Part shown: in pieces, positions 1 to 8,180 of the stretch
Layout: every line of letters begins with the position of its first letter
Position numbering within the stretch: position 1 is the first letter of the stretch
Assembly: GCA_964480775.1 (NCBI GenBank)
Contig: CAYZRF010000018.1
Location: forward strand, 5,835 to 37,834
Direction: 5' to 3'
DNA length: 32,000 nt
DNA from: an uncultured Nitrososphaerota archaeon
GTDB lineage: Archaea > Korarchaeota > Korarchaeia > Korarchaeales > Korarchaeaceae
The notes under the pieces: model-generated
What the model saw: the letters and a program-made list of their open reading frames with translations, nothing else
Told to the model about the DNA's origin: nothing
The model's database searches: none
Translations under genes and position numbers: made by a program

Positions 1-811
1 CTAGGGGAATTCCAGCTCGTTCAAGCCCTATAGCTAATCCTAGCTCGTTGCCACCTACTCCTCCTGGAGTACCTCCTATCAAGCCAACAAATATGCTTGA
101 AGCAAAAGCAATCGCTAGATCACTAATCTCTGCATTATAATCCAGAGAGCGCACCAATATCCATATCCCACATAGCTGAGCGAGTAAGGAGAGAAAAGAT
201 AGAAGAATAAGCAGCGAGGGTCTCTTTAAGTCATCTTTTACGATTTCTAAGTCTTTTTCAAGCGTCAGAAGCAAATTACCAACTATCGGTATTCTTTTGC
301 GCAGAATTTTTAGTCTTTCTGCGCCAGATATGTTTTTATCGATCTTCTTAATTATTGCGGCAGAAAAAATGATTGAAATCGCAATAAATCCTAATAGATG
401 CTTGTTGTGGAGGGCAGGTGCTAGAAGAAGGATGAATAGTAGTGTCTCAATCATCATACCAAGCATTAGGCTTCCAACAGCGTCGTAGTAATCTCCTCCA
501 ATTAATCCGACTTTTGCAATATGTCCGGCTCCATAAGGAAGAATTAGAAGGAGATAATATCCAGATAATACCGCAGAAAGAACCCTCTTAAGGGGAATTT
601 TTCGGAGGCTCGAGAGCAATAGATACCATCTAAAGGTTGATGATAAGACTGCCAAAATCGACATAAATGAGGTCAGAACCAGATCCATAGGCCTGATTTC
701 CCCTACACATGTAAGCAGTTGGTTTGGATCAACTCTCCTGAGTACAAAAACTAAGGCTAGAGCCAGAAATAGTAAACTAAGAACTTCTCTGAGCAGTTTA
801 GAGTATTTCAT
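1..811 (-). CDS. Flippase-like / lysyl-PG-synthase-TM (UPF0104) family integral membrane protein; 3' end runs off the window
   Basis: Absent from the ORF track because it has no stop inside the window. I hand-translated the minus strand from the ATG at 811..809 to position 1: 270 codons with no stop. Sequence reads MKYSKLLREVLSLLFLALALVFVLRRVDPNQLL...STFRWYLLLSSL...LIGGTPGGVGGNELGLAIGL. It is multi-TM and the pattern is typical of this family. ORF 297..488(+) lies antisense to it and is presumably spurious. Confidence 0.6.
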   Translation of the reverse strand, partial: MKYSKLLREVLSLLFLALALVFVLRRVDPNQLLTCVGEIRPMDLVLTSFMSILAVLSSTFRWYLLLSSLRKIPLKRVLSAVLSGYYLLLILPYGAGHIAKVGLIGGDYYDAVGSLMLGMMIETLLFILLLAPALHNKHLLGFIAISIIFSAAIIKKIDKNISGAERLKILRKRIPIVGNLLLTLEKDLEIVKDDLKRPSLLILLSFLSLLAQLCGIWILVRSLDYNAEISDLAIAFASSIFVGLIGGTPGGVGGNELGLAIGLERAGIPL

Positions 812-982
812 TGGTATCCCTTGTGTTGGATCGATTTTCCTTAGCAGATTTCCATTGCACTTTTTTATTTAAAACTTTCTTTTCCATTTAAATTGAAATC
901 TTGATGGAAAAATTAGCTTAAATTTTATGATACATTGAGGGATAGATTTACAATAACCTCTATTTTTCCTAAACTGGTAAAT

Positions 983-989
983 TTTTATA
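983..989 (+). promoter_or_regulatory. TATA-like box (TTTTATA) about 29 nt upstream of the ATG at 1015; suggests a leaderless or near-leaderless transcript
   Basis: Read directly from the sequence. The spacing matches the archaeal TATA-to-TSS distance of about 25-27 nt. Confidence 0.3.
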
Positions 990-1014
990 CCGGTTTACGT
1001 ATTTACTTGCTTGC

Positions 1015-1443
1015 ATGAAGAACACTTTGACTTCTCTAGAAGGGCTGATCATAGATATTGTAGCTTCGTTTCCCGAAGGGATCGGAGTCAACCAGCTTAG
1101 CAGAAAACTAAAGGGAAAGGTATCTAAAGTAAAGCTCATTAAGGAAATCAAGAAGCTAAGTGATCTAGGGCTTCTATACATAACAAGAGATTTAAGACAT
1201 AAGCAAAGACTCTTAATAAAAGCCAGCGAGCAAGTTTTGCAGATCTGTAAGGTTTTCAGCTCAAACAACTTTGCAAAGTTTGAGAAGTGGGAAGTTGAGG
1301 TTATAAGTGTGAAAATCGTCAACTTAGTCTCCTGTTACTTGGATTGGGCTGAGAAGCTGAGCGATCCTTATCTGATTAGCTACCTCAAGTATAAGATCAT
1401 CTCAGAATTCTCTGGTTTGATTAACAAGATCAAGGAAGTTTAA
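1015..1443 (+). CDS. Small winged-helix (MarR/TrmB-like) DNA-binding protein
   Basis: 142 aa. The N-terminal stretch LEGLIIDIVASFPEGIGVNQLSRKLKGKVSKVKLIKEIKKLSDLGLLYITRD has an HTH-plus-wing pattern. The stop is 3 nt before the GTG start of the next gene. Confidence 0.5.
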   Translation: MKNTLTSLEGLIIDIVASFPEGIGVNQLSRKLKGKVSKVKLIKEIKKLSDLGLLYITRDLRHKQRLLIKASEQVLQICKVFSSNNFAKFEKWEVEVISVKIVNLVSCYLDWAEKLSDPYLISYLKYKIISEFSGLINKIKEV

Positions 1444-1446
1444 AGG

Positions 1447-2316
1447 GTGGGCTTCTTGAGAGTTTCTTTGGATATAATCCAAAATGGTGCTGCCAATCTT
1501 CTCAGACTATCTAGAGTCAGGGATTGGAGAGGATATTTCGGAATGGCCTTTCTGGGCTTGCTTCTGAACCGAGTCCCTCCAAACCCTCTAGATGCTTCGA
1601 TCTTCATGCTAATCGTATCTTTTTATTTAGCCTTTGCCTTTTCAGTGAACAACTGCTTCGATGTTGTTGTTGATCTACTTGACGTTAAGGATCTCAACAA
1701 GAATCCTGTCGCAAGCGGACTTCTTGTATTTGAAAGTGCAATTGCGTTCAGCCTCACTTTCTTAGTTGCTGGTTTGGTTCTTTCATACATATTTTTCGGG
1801 GTTAGATCCGCCTTGCTTTTCTCTCTCCTCTACCTTCTAGCGGGGCTATACTCGGTTCCTCCTGTTAGAACAAAAAGCAGACCTTATTTCGATTTGCTCT
1901 CCCACGGTCTCTTCTTTGGAGGGCTATTAATACTGGCTGGCCCTACAACGTTCGGAGGGTTAACTCCAGTAACACTAGGAATTGCGGTTGTACTATTTTT
2001 CTACTCCATGTTTTTGGAAATTAGGAATCATATAGATGACTATGAATTCGATAAACTATCTGGCACACGGACTACAGTCGTCCACCTAGGACTTGAGGTC
2101 AGCGAGAGACTTAAAAGAGCTCTAGCCTTGATAACAATTATATCTCTTTATGTAACCCTCATAGCGACAAACAAGCACGTAACGCTTCTAATAACAACCA
2201 TTGTCCCTAGTTTACTTGTTCTTCTGGGACTTTCAGAAGATAGAACAGTAGACTTCACCCTTGTAGCCTCAATGCTCTTTCTACTCCTAGAACAATCAAA
2301 CCTCATTGTGGTTTGA
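1447..2316 (+). CDS. UbiA-superfamily polyprenyltransferase (integral membrane)
   Basis: GTG start, 289 aa, about 8 hydrophobic segments. The first Asp-rich motif is N68-x3-D72-x3-D76 (NNCFDVVVD, nt 1648..1674). The second motif is DDYEFDKLSGTRT. Confidence 0.85.
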   Translation: MGFLRVSLDIIQNGAANLLRLSRVRDWRGYFGMAFLGLLLNRVPPNPLDASIFMLIVSFYLAFAFSVNNCFDVVVDLLDVKDLNKNPVASGLLVFESAIAFSLTFLVAGLVLSYIFFGVRSALLFSLLYLLAGLYSVPPVRTKSRPYFDLLSHGLFFGGLLILAGPTTFGGLTPVTLGIAVVLFFYSMFLEIRNHIDDYEFDKLSGTRTTVVHLGLEVSERLKRALALITIISLYVTLIATNKHVTLLITTIVPSLLVLLGLSEDRTVDFTLVASMLFLLLEQSNLIVV

Positions 2317-2542
2317 GTTTGTAGAAAAGTCGCTTCTTCATTGGGCTCCTCAAGAGGAATCATTGGAAGTGAATGAATCTGCGTACAAGAAAGATAAGAA
2401 AAGTTCGTTGGAAACAATGCGTCGCAAAGGATGGTTTGATTATCTTGAATACCCCAAAGCGCTTTGATCCTGCTCTACTGATTTTCGATGACATATCAAG
2501 TAGCTAGTCGAGCCAATCTCTAGATCCTTCTTAATGTTTGAA

Positions 2543-4000
2543 TCAGGATTTCTTTTGTATCAGCTCGACGGGCCTAGCAGCTAAGATACAACCGGGATCT
2601 GGTGCCATATAATCACCAAAGTAGCCGTAAGCCCTTGCTCTACACCCTCCGCAAACGTATCTGAAGCGACATGAACCACATGGTTCCTGAAGCTTATCCT
2701 TGTTTCTTAGATCGTTTAGCACTGGGTTATTTCTCCACCACTCCTCAAAATTCTCCCCTACCTCTAAGATATTTCCTATCTTCAATGGGAAGAAGACACA
2801 GGGCCTTATGTCCCCATTTGGCCAAATACCGAAGTAAAAACGACCAGCACCACAACCTCCTATGAAGTCGGCAAGACCTCTTAGCTTGGATCCTAATTCA
2901 GCATTATAGAAGTGAGTAGGAAGTAGCGACCCTTCTCTATCCTCTTCTAAGGCTACTCTAGCGAATTGGGGCGCGGTACTTAAAACTTGAACCTTCATCC
3001 CCTTCTCCTTGTACTTTAATTTTTTCCAGAGCAATCTAAGAAGTTCTTCTCTCTCCTCTGGGCTGATATCTTCCTCCTCGATGAATATTCCCCTCCCTGT
3101 TGGAACGAAGTTGTACATCATGAACCATTGAACTCCTAACGAGTTGCAGAAATCTATAAGGCCCGGGATCTCTTTTAGGTTATATCTCGTTGTTGTTGTA
3201 GCTACGTTCACGAAGAAGCCTTTTCTCACAGCTATCTTGATGCCTTCAACCGTACGCTCCCAAGCTCCTTGTATGCCTCTGAATTCATCGTGCGTTTTTG
3301 GCTTCAAGCCGTCCAAGCTTATTTGCAGAAATCTTACGCCTGATGCTTTGAGTTTATCCGCAGTCTTTTCATCTATTAAGGTTCCATTTGTAGCCATTGC
3401 TACATAAATCCCTTTATCCGATGCATATTTTGATAACTCGTAGATATCCGGTCTGACAAGGGGCTCTCCTCCTGACCAGGCTATTGTAACGATGCCTGCT
3501 CTGTCAAGGATATCGATCACTCTTTTTGCCTCATCAGTGCTCAACTCTTCGTACAAGGGCTTACCAGCATTTGCATAGCAGTGTTTACACCTTAAGTTAC
3601 AGGCATAGGTTACATCCCAAACCACAAGGAAGGGAGCACCAGGAACAAAGGGTTTTCTAACCCCAAAATAGGCTAATCCCTTTACCACGCTAGCTAAAGC
3701 CCTTCTCCAATAAGGATCATTCATCCTTCTCCTAACTTCCTCTGGATCTGCTCCAAAGGACTTAGCTCCTCTCTGAATGATTGTAGATATGAGTTTCGAG
3801 ATAAGTCTACATTGCATACAGATATTCTCTGGCCCTAAAATGCCAGCATATACTTTTAATGCCGCATCAAGCCTACTTATTCCGTCTTTTTTACAATATC
3901 CCGTTGCAAATCTCAAAAGCCCCTTAGAAATCGGGTTTTCAATTATCTTTTGAAATGTGCCGACAGCTCCCACCATATCATTCATTTTGCTCTCCTCCAA
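2543..4000 (-). CDS. Radical SAM enzyme with C-terminal SPASM/twitch auxiliary-cluster domain and an N-terminal extension of about 125 aa
   Basis: The CX3CX2C motif is C134-NLR-C138-KH-C141 (VTYACNLRCKHCY). The C-terminal part has GGCGAGRFYFGIWPNGDIRPC ... CGSCRFRYVCGGC ... DPGC. The N-terminal extension carries C36 and a C61-x2-C64 pair. The alternative start M6 is at 3985. Confidence 0.85.
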   Translation of the reverse strand: MEESKMNDMVGAVGTFQKIIENPISKGLLRFATGYCKKDGISRLDAALKVYAGILGPENICMQCRLISKLISTIIQRGAKSFGADPEEVRRRMNDPYWRRALASVVKGLAYFGVRKPFVPGAPFLVVWDVTYACNLRCKHCYANAGKPLYEELSTDEAKRVIDILDRAGIVTIAWSGGEPLVRPDIYELSKYASDKGIYVAMATNGTLIDEKTADKLKASGVRFLQISLDGLKPKTHDEFRGIQGAWERTVEGIKIAVRKGFFVNVATTTTRYNLKEIPGLIDFCNSLGVQWFMMYNFVPTGRGIFIEEEDISPEEREELLRLLWKKLKYKEKGMKVQVLSTAPQFARVALEEDREGSLLPTHFYNAELGSKLRGLADFIGGCGAGRFYFGIWPNGDIRPCVFFPLKIGNILEVGENFEEWWRNNPVLNDLRNKDKLQEPCGSCRFRYVCGGCRARAYGYFGDYMAPDPGCILAARPVELIQKKS

Positions 4001-4334
4001 GACGTTTTTGTAACTCTTCCAGATTTTTCAACTTCCTTTGAAGAGTCTTTCTCAAAACTTCGATTATTTCAGGGATAGGAGCGAGGAAATAAACATACTT
4101 GAGCCTTCCTTCTATTTCGGAGGCTTTTCTTTTTACTAGACCATAATCACGCATTTTCTTGAGACATTCGTGGGCTGTTCTCCTGGAGACATTTGCTAAC
4201 TCCATTAATTTCTCAATAGTGGCTTCTTTTTCCTTAGATAATACCTGAAGAATATATATGGCTGATTTTGGCAGTTTTAGGATCTCTTCGATTGAGGTAA
4301 ATAGCCTTTCGGATAGCGTTTTAGGAAGGTTCAT
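3978..4334 (-). CDS. Winged-helix transcriptional regulator (TrmB/ArsR-like), co-transcribed with the rSAM/SPASM gene
   Basis: 118 aa. YILQVLSKEKEATIEKLMELANVSRRTAHECLKKMRDYGLVKRK is a classic wHTH. Its 3' end overlaps the rSAM ORF start by 23 nt. Confidence 0.65.
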   Translation of the reverse strand: MNLPKTLSERLFTSIEEILKLPKSAIYILQVLSKEKEATIEKLMELANVSRRTAHECLKKMRDYGLVKRKASEIEGRLKYVYFLAPIPEIIEVLRKTLQRKLKNLEELQKRLGGEQNE

Positions 4335-4344
4335 CTTACCATCT

Positions 4345-4364
4345 TGTGCAAAATTACTTGCACA
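4345..4364. promoter_or_regulatory. Perfect inverted repeat TGTGCAA-N6-TTGCACA between the TATA box and the regulator's ATG; candidate autoregulatory operator
   Basis: Read directly: 4345..4351 is tgtgcaa and 4358..4364 is ttgcaca, its reverse complement. The repeat lies 11 nt upstream of the start codon at 4334. Confidence 0.3.
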
Positions 4365-4366
4365 TA

Positions 4367-4376
4367 ATATATAAAT
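4367..4376 (-). promoter_or_regulatory. TATA box (minus-strand ATTTATATAT) for the HTH-rSAM operon
   Basis: About 35-40 nt upstream of the ATG at 4334 on the minus strand, in an AT-rich context. Confidence 0.35.
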
Positions 4377-4925
4377 GTATGTATACCATCATTTTGTGTT
4401 TTTTGATATTTTTACAAATTTTATGAAATAAGCAAAATAATATCCATTAATAGTCATCATATTAGATTAGAATAAGTCTTCATTTAAAAAGGGCATTGAA
4501 AATGTCAAAAATCCTCTTAAAATTGGTTGTTCTGGACTACCTGCATCCATTCTTTGATTTTTAGGCGCCTAAATTGAATGAATTTCTAAATTGTTAGAAA
4601 AAAGTTACCTACAGAGGTCAAACCTTAATAGAAGTCGTCGCTGTCTAAAGAATAGGAAGTTGCTGAACCATTAGTTTACATAAGAAATTTAGTCTTAAGT
4701 CGATTTCATTAAAATACCAACTGAACTTATGAGAGAAATCTTCGATAGGGATGTAAATGGAATTTCGAATTTCTTCGCTATATGTAAATCAAGAATTACT
4801 TTTTATTGGAGAACTATAGCGCTATAGCACAAGAACGTGAGAATGTTCTCTATAAATCTTGAGAACCTTCAATCGCAGAGATTAACTTTATTAGAAGCTT
4901 TCATGATTATCTTATAAGATAAATT

Positions 4926-5246
4926 ATGAAACAGTGTCCTAGATGTGGGAAAGACGTAGAAGAGGATATGAACTATTGTCCTTATTGTGGAGAGCCATTA
5001 AAGAAGGTTTCAAAAGAGGAGTTTTCAGTTCCAGCTGACGATCTTGTTGCGAAAGTTAAGGAGCTGATCCATGAGGGGAACGTAAGGAGGATTATAGTAA
5101 AGGACGAAGAGGGAAAAACTCTTTTGGAGATTCCCGCAACAGTTGGAGTAATAGGAGCAATTCTTGCACCATGGATGGCCGCTCTTGGAGTAATTGCTGC
5201 AATAGCTACGAAGTGTAATATAATTGTAGAGAGAAGAGAGAACTAG
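4926..5246 (+). CDS. Zinc-ribbon + DUF4342-like small protein
   Basis: CPRCG...CPYCG is a 4-Cys ribbon. The following VKELIHEGNVRRIIVKDEEGKTLLEIPATVGVIGAILAPWMAALGVIAAI matches the DUF4342 pattern as I remember it. Confidence 0.55.
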   Translation: MKQCPRCGKDVEEDMNYCPYCGEPLKKVSKEEFSVPADDLVAKVKELIHEGNVRRIIVKDEEGKTLLEIPATVGVIGAILAPWMAALGVIAAIATKCNIIVERREN

Positions 5247-5416
5247 GGTTTACAGCCTGAGATCCTCTATTAATAGAGTAAAGAAGCTTAGTTTAAAGCC
5301 GTAATAAGAAATTGCTTTTCTTGCTCAGTTCGAGCACTAATAAAGGATGTATGAGTATTCGGTAAGACATCATTGGGTGGAAAAATTTTTTTCTAATATA
5401 TAGGCCAGTCTTATTA

Positions 5417-6532
5417 GTGATCCGTATGAAATGGTCAGGTCGCCTTATCCTTGCAATAGCACTTGTAGTGATCGTAATACTCGGAATATCTTATGGTGTT
5501 TACCAAAACTTCCTAAATAAGTCCGTAGAGAAAAAAGTTGTTATATATACCTATGAAAGCCTGTTGAAGTGGGGAACCGATCCAAATGCAACACTTCAGG
5601 CAGTATACGGGGGATTTGAAGCTAAGTACAACTGCAAGGTGGAGATAAGGGAGTTTGACGATGCAAGGACAGCCTTACTTGTTTTAATGGAGGAAAAGAA
5701 CTCACCAAATGCAGATGTGATCATAGGCATAGACAACATACTGATACATGAGGTGATTGATGCGGGAGTTCTAGATCCCTTCACTCCAGCAAATATAGAT
5801 GAAATTCCAGACTGGCTCATAAACTCGTTAGATCCCACTCATCACGTGATTCCGTATGATTACGGTTTGATAGCGTTTGTTTATGATAGTGAGAGAGTTC
5901 TCCAGGAGAATATGGCCAGCCTTACGTTTGAAGATTTGTTAAACCCTGAATTAGCCTCAAAACTCGTTCTTGAGGATCCAACTGTGAGCAGTACTGGAAT
6001 CAACTTTCTCCTCTGGCAGATTGCCGCCTACAAGATGCAAGGAAAGGATTGGACAACTTGGTGGGCTTCGATCAAAGACCAGGCAAAGGTAGCTGGAAGC
6101 TGGGGTGACGCCTATGATATATTCCTTGATGAGGCCCAAGGAAGGCCTATAGTAGTCAGCTATGGAACTGACCCTGCCTATTCATATTACTTCTATCAAG
6201 AGACGAGGTATAAGGCTGCTTTGGTTGAGTATGATAATAAGGAGTGGGCATGGCTTCAGATAGAAGGAATAGGCCTCGTAAAGGGAGCACCACATGAAGA
6301 TCTCGCCAAGAAGTTCATAGAGTATTTCCTTAGTCCAGAAGTTCAAGAACATATCCCGCTGAACAACTGGATGTACCCAGCAAACTCCAAAGCTGAACTC
6401 CCAGATGTTTACAAAGAATATGCAATTGATCCCCTTGAAGTTAACCTAATGAACGAAATCTTATCCCAGCAGGAGATCAAAGAAAACTTAAAGTCGTGGA
6501 TGAATGCTTGGCGGGAGGTAGTTGGAGGTTAG
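5417..6532 (+). CDS. thiB: Thiamine/TPP ABC transporter substrate-binding protein (TbpA/ThiB-like)
   Basis: Colinear with E. coli TbpA blocks as I remember them: VIYTYES (VYTYDS), PYDYGLIAFVYD (PFDYGYFAFVYD), DPTVSSTGINFLLW, SWGDAYDIFL, VSYGTDPAY, NNWMYP. There is an N-terminal signal anchor. A TATA-like box at 5394..5402 favours the ATG at 5426 as the true start. Confidence 0.8.
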   Translation: MIRMKWSGRLILAIALVVIVILGISYGVYQNFLNKSVEKKVVIYTYESLLKWGTDPNATLQAVYGGFEAKYNCKVEIREFDDARTALLVLMEEKNSPNADVIIGIDNILIHEVIDAGVLDPFTPANIDEIPDWLINSLDPTHHVIPYDYGLIAFVYDSERVLQENMASLTFEDLLNPELASKLVLEDPTVSSTGINFLLWQIAAYKMQGKDWTTWWASIKDQAKVAGSWGDAYDIFLDEAQGRPIVVSYGTDPAYSYYFYQETRYKAALVEYDNKEWAWLQIEGIGLVKGAPHEDLAKKFIEYFLSPEVQEHIPLNNWMYPANSKAELPDVYKEYAIDPLEVNLMNEILSQQEIKENLKSWMNAWREVVGG

Positions 6533-6617
6533 TAACTACCTCTCTCTTCCCTCCTTTTTATAATTCAGGAGCACCAATATCCTATCCTTTTCTCAGGATT
6601 GATGGTAAGAGGCAGGT

Positions 6618-8177
6618 ATGTTGTCTAGAAGAGGATTTATTGTCTCTAAGCTTGGCATAATCTCTATTGCACTATTGCTTGGATTGTGGGGAGCCAGTTC
6701 CTTTGGTCTGTTGATGCACGGAATACCCTCTTTGCCAGAAGCTCTAAAGGATAAAGCCATAAGAAGAGCTTTTCGCTTTTCTTTTGTCCAGGCATTTGCT
6801 AGCGCACTCCTTTCTGTTGCTTTAGCAATACCTATAGCTTATCTTGATGCCACATACGATTTTAGGGGTAGAAAGGTTTTGAAAGCCCTTGTAACCATGC
6901 CATTTACCCTACCCACAATATCTGTGGCTCTTTCCTTTCTTTTGCTATCTCGTAAAGGCATTGTTCCCTCTGGGTGGTCATCAATCATTGCTGCGCACGC
7001 CTACTTTAACTTTGGAATGTGTTCTCAGATACTTTCAGCAACATTAAGCTCCATAAGCACTGACGTAGAGGAAGCTGCTGATACTTTAGGAGCCAGCTAC
7101 TGGCTTAAGCTTAGGGTCATAATACTGCCTCTCATAATGAGAGGCATCCTTTATTCATTCACTCTAACATTTGTCCTATGCTTTACAAGCTTTGCTATTC
7201 CTCTTCTCCTAGGAGGACCCCGCTATAGGACTTTAGAGGTTGAGATTTATTCCTTATACAAGGTTTTCCTAGACAAAAACCTTGCTTCTGGCGCAGCAAT
7301 TCTTCAACTTATAGTTACTGGTTTAGTTTCAGTAATAGCCTTGAGGTCTTTACCAGCTGCCAGGTCCAAAGAGGCAAGATTGAGGAGAAGAATTCCAAAG
7401 GATCCTTTTCATACATCTCTTTTGGCATATTACTGCGTTATGGCCTGCTTAGCGTTATATCCTATCGTTTACTTGGCCTACAGATCTCTTTTCAATCCTC
7501 TAACCAATGAGTTCTCTCCAAAAATATACCTCAAGGTTCTTTCGCCTTTCTTTGACCCTTCTTTGGGAACTTCGCCCCTGAACTCTTTGATTAACAGTCT
7601 TTTCTTTGCTATAATGACCTCTTTGACCACTTTAGTTGTGGCTAGCCTTCTAATAGCATCTGCTCCAAGGATTAAGAACCTCGGAATGCTGATATCTCTT
7701 CTCCCACTAGGAACCTCCTCCATAAGCCTGGCTCTCGGCCTCTATTCCATTGGCAGCAAATTCCAGATTCCAAGCTGGATCCTCATAACTTCTAGCCATT
7801 TCCTCATCTCAGCTCCTTTCACCTTTAGAAGCCTAGAAGCAGGCGCATCCGCCATAGACCCTGTGTTTGTGGATGCTGCGGAGACGCTAGGTTTAGACAG
7901 GTTGGATGCTACATTCAAGGTTCTTTTGCCCCTAATTATGCCCTCCGTACTCGTCGGAGGTTTTTATGCATTTGCCATGTCAATTTCTGAAACTTCTGCC
8001 GTGGCCCTTCTCTCTACACCAGAAACTCAGACTTTAACAGTTGCAACGTTAAGGTACTCTGGTGTGAGGAGATTTCAGGAGGCAACCGCTATATCCGTTC
8101 TCGTCTGTATGTTGACTTGGGCTCTACTGGGTCTTCAAGGAATGGCAGAAAAAAGAATGAAATGGGCTAGGAGATGA
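6618..8177 (+). CDS. thiP: ABC transporter permease with duplicated transmembrane domain (ThiP-like)
   Basis: 519 aa. It has two EAA-type loops, EAADTLGASYWLKLRVIILP and DAAETLGLDRLDATFKVLLP. The duplicated architecture is typical of ThiP/FbpB. Confidence 0.75.
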   Translation: MLSRRGFIVSKLGIISIALLLGLWGASSFGLLMHGIPSLPEALKDKAIRRAFRFSFVQAFASALLSVALAIPIAYLDATYDFRGRKVLKALVTMPFTLPTISVALSFLLLSRKGIVPSGWSSIIAAHAYFNFGMCSQILSATLSSISTDVEEAADTLGASYWLKLRVIILPLIMRGILYSFTLTFVLCFTSFAIPLLLGGPRYRTLEVEIYSLYKVFLDKNLASGAAILQLIVTGLVSVIALRSLPAARSKEARLRRRIPKDPFHTSLLAYYCVMACLALYPIVYLAYRSLFNPLTNEFSPKIYLKVLSPFFDPSLGTSPLNSLINSLFFAIMTSLTTLVVASLLIASAPRIKNLGMLISLLPLGTSSISLALGLYSIGSKFQIPSWILITSSHFLISAPFTFRSLEAGASAIDPVFVDAAETLGLDRLDATFKVLLPLIMPSVLVGGFYAFAMSISETSAVALLSTPETQTLTVATLRYSGVRRFQEATAISVLVCMLTWALLGLQGMAEKRMKWARR

Positions 8178-8180
8178 GCT

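Noticed and set aside
4450-4465. C-box-like ATGATGA on the minus strand, suggesting a possible C/D box sRNA.
   Set aside because: No CUGA D or D' box lies within the expected 12-60 nt downstream, and there are no terminal stem complements.
4502-4827. Small ORFs (19 aa and 32 aa) as RiPP precursor peptides for the adjacent rSAM/SPASM enzyme.
   Set aside because: They are on the opposite strand from the rSAM operon. Each has at most one Cys, and there is no leader or core repeat pattern or Shine-Dalgarno/TATA geometry. I mention them only as something to test.
5247-5416. Possible TPP riboswitch upstream of the thiamine ABC transporter (CTGAGA at 5257..5262).
   Set aside because: Only the short CUGAGA hexamer is present. 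The conserved ACCUGAUCUGGAUAAUGCCAGCG-type core and the pairing partners are absent. The spacer is better explained by a TATA-like box at 5394..5402 driving a near-leaderless transcript.
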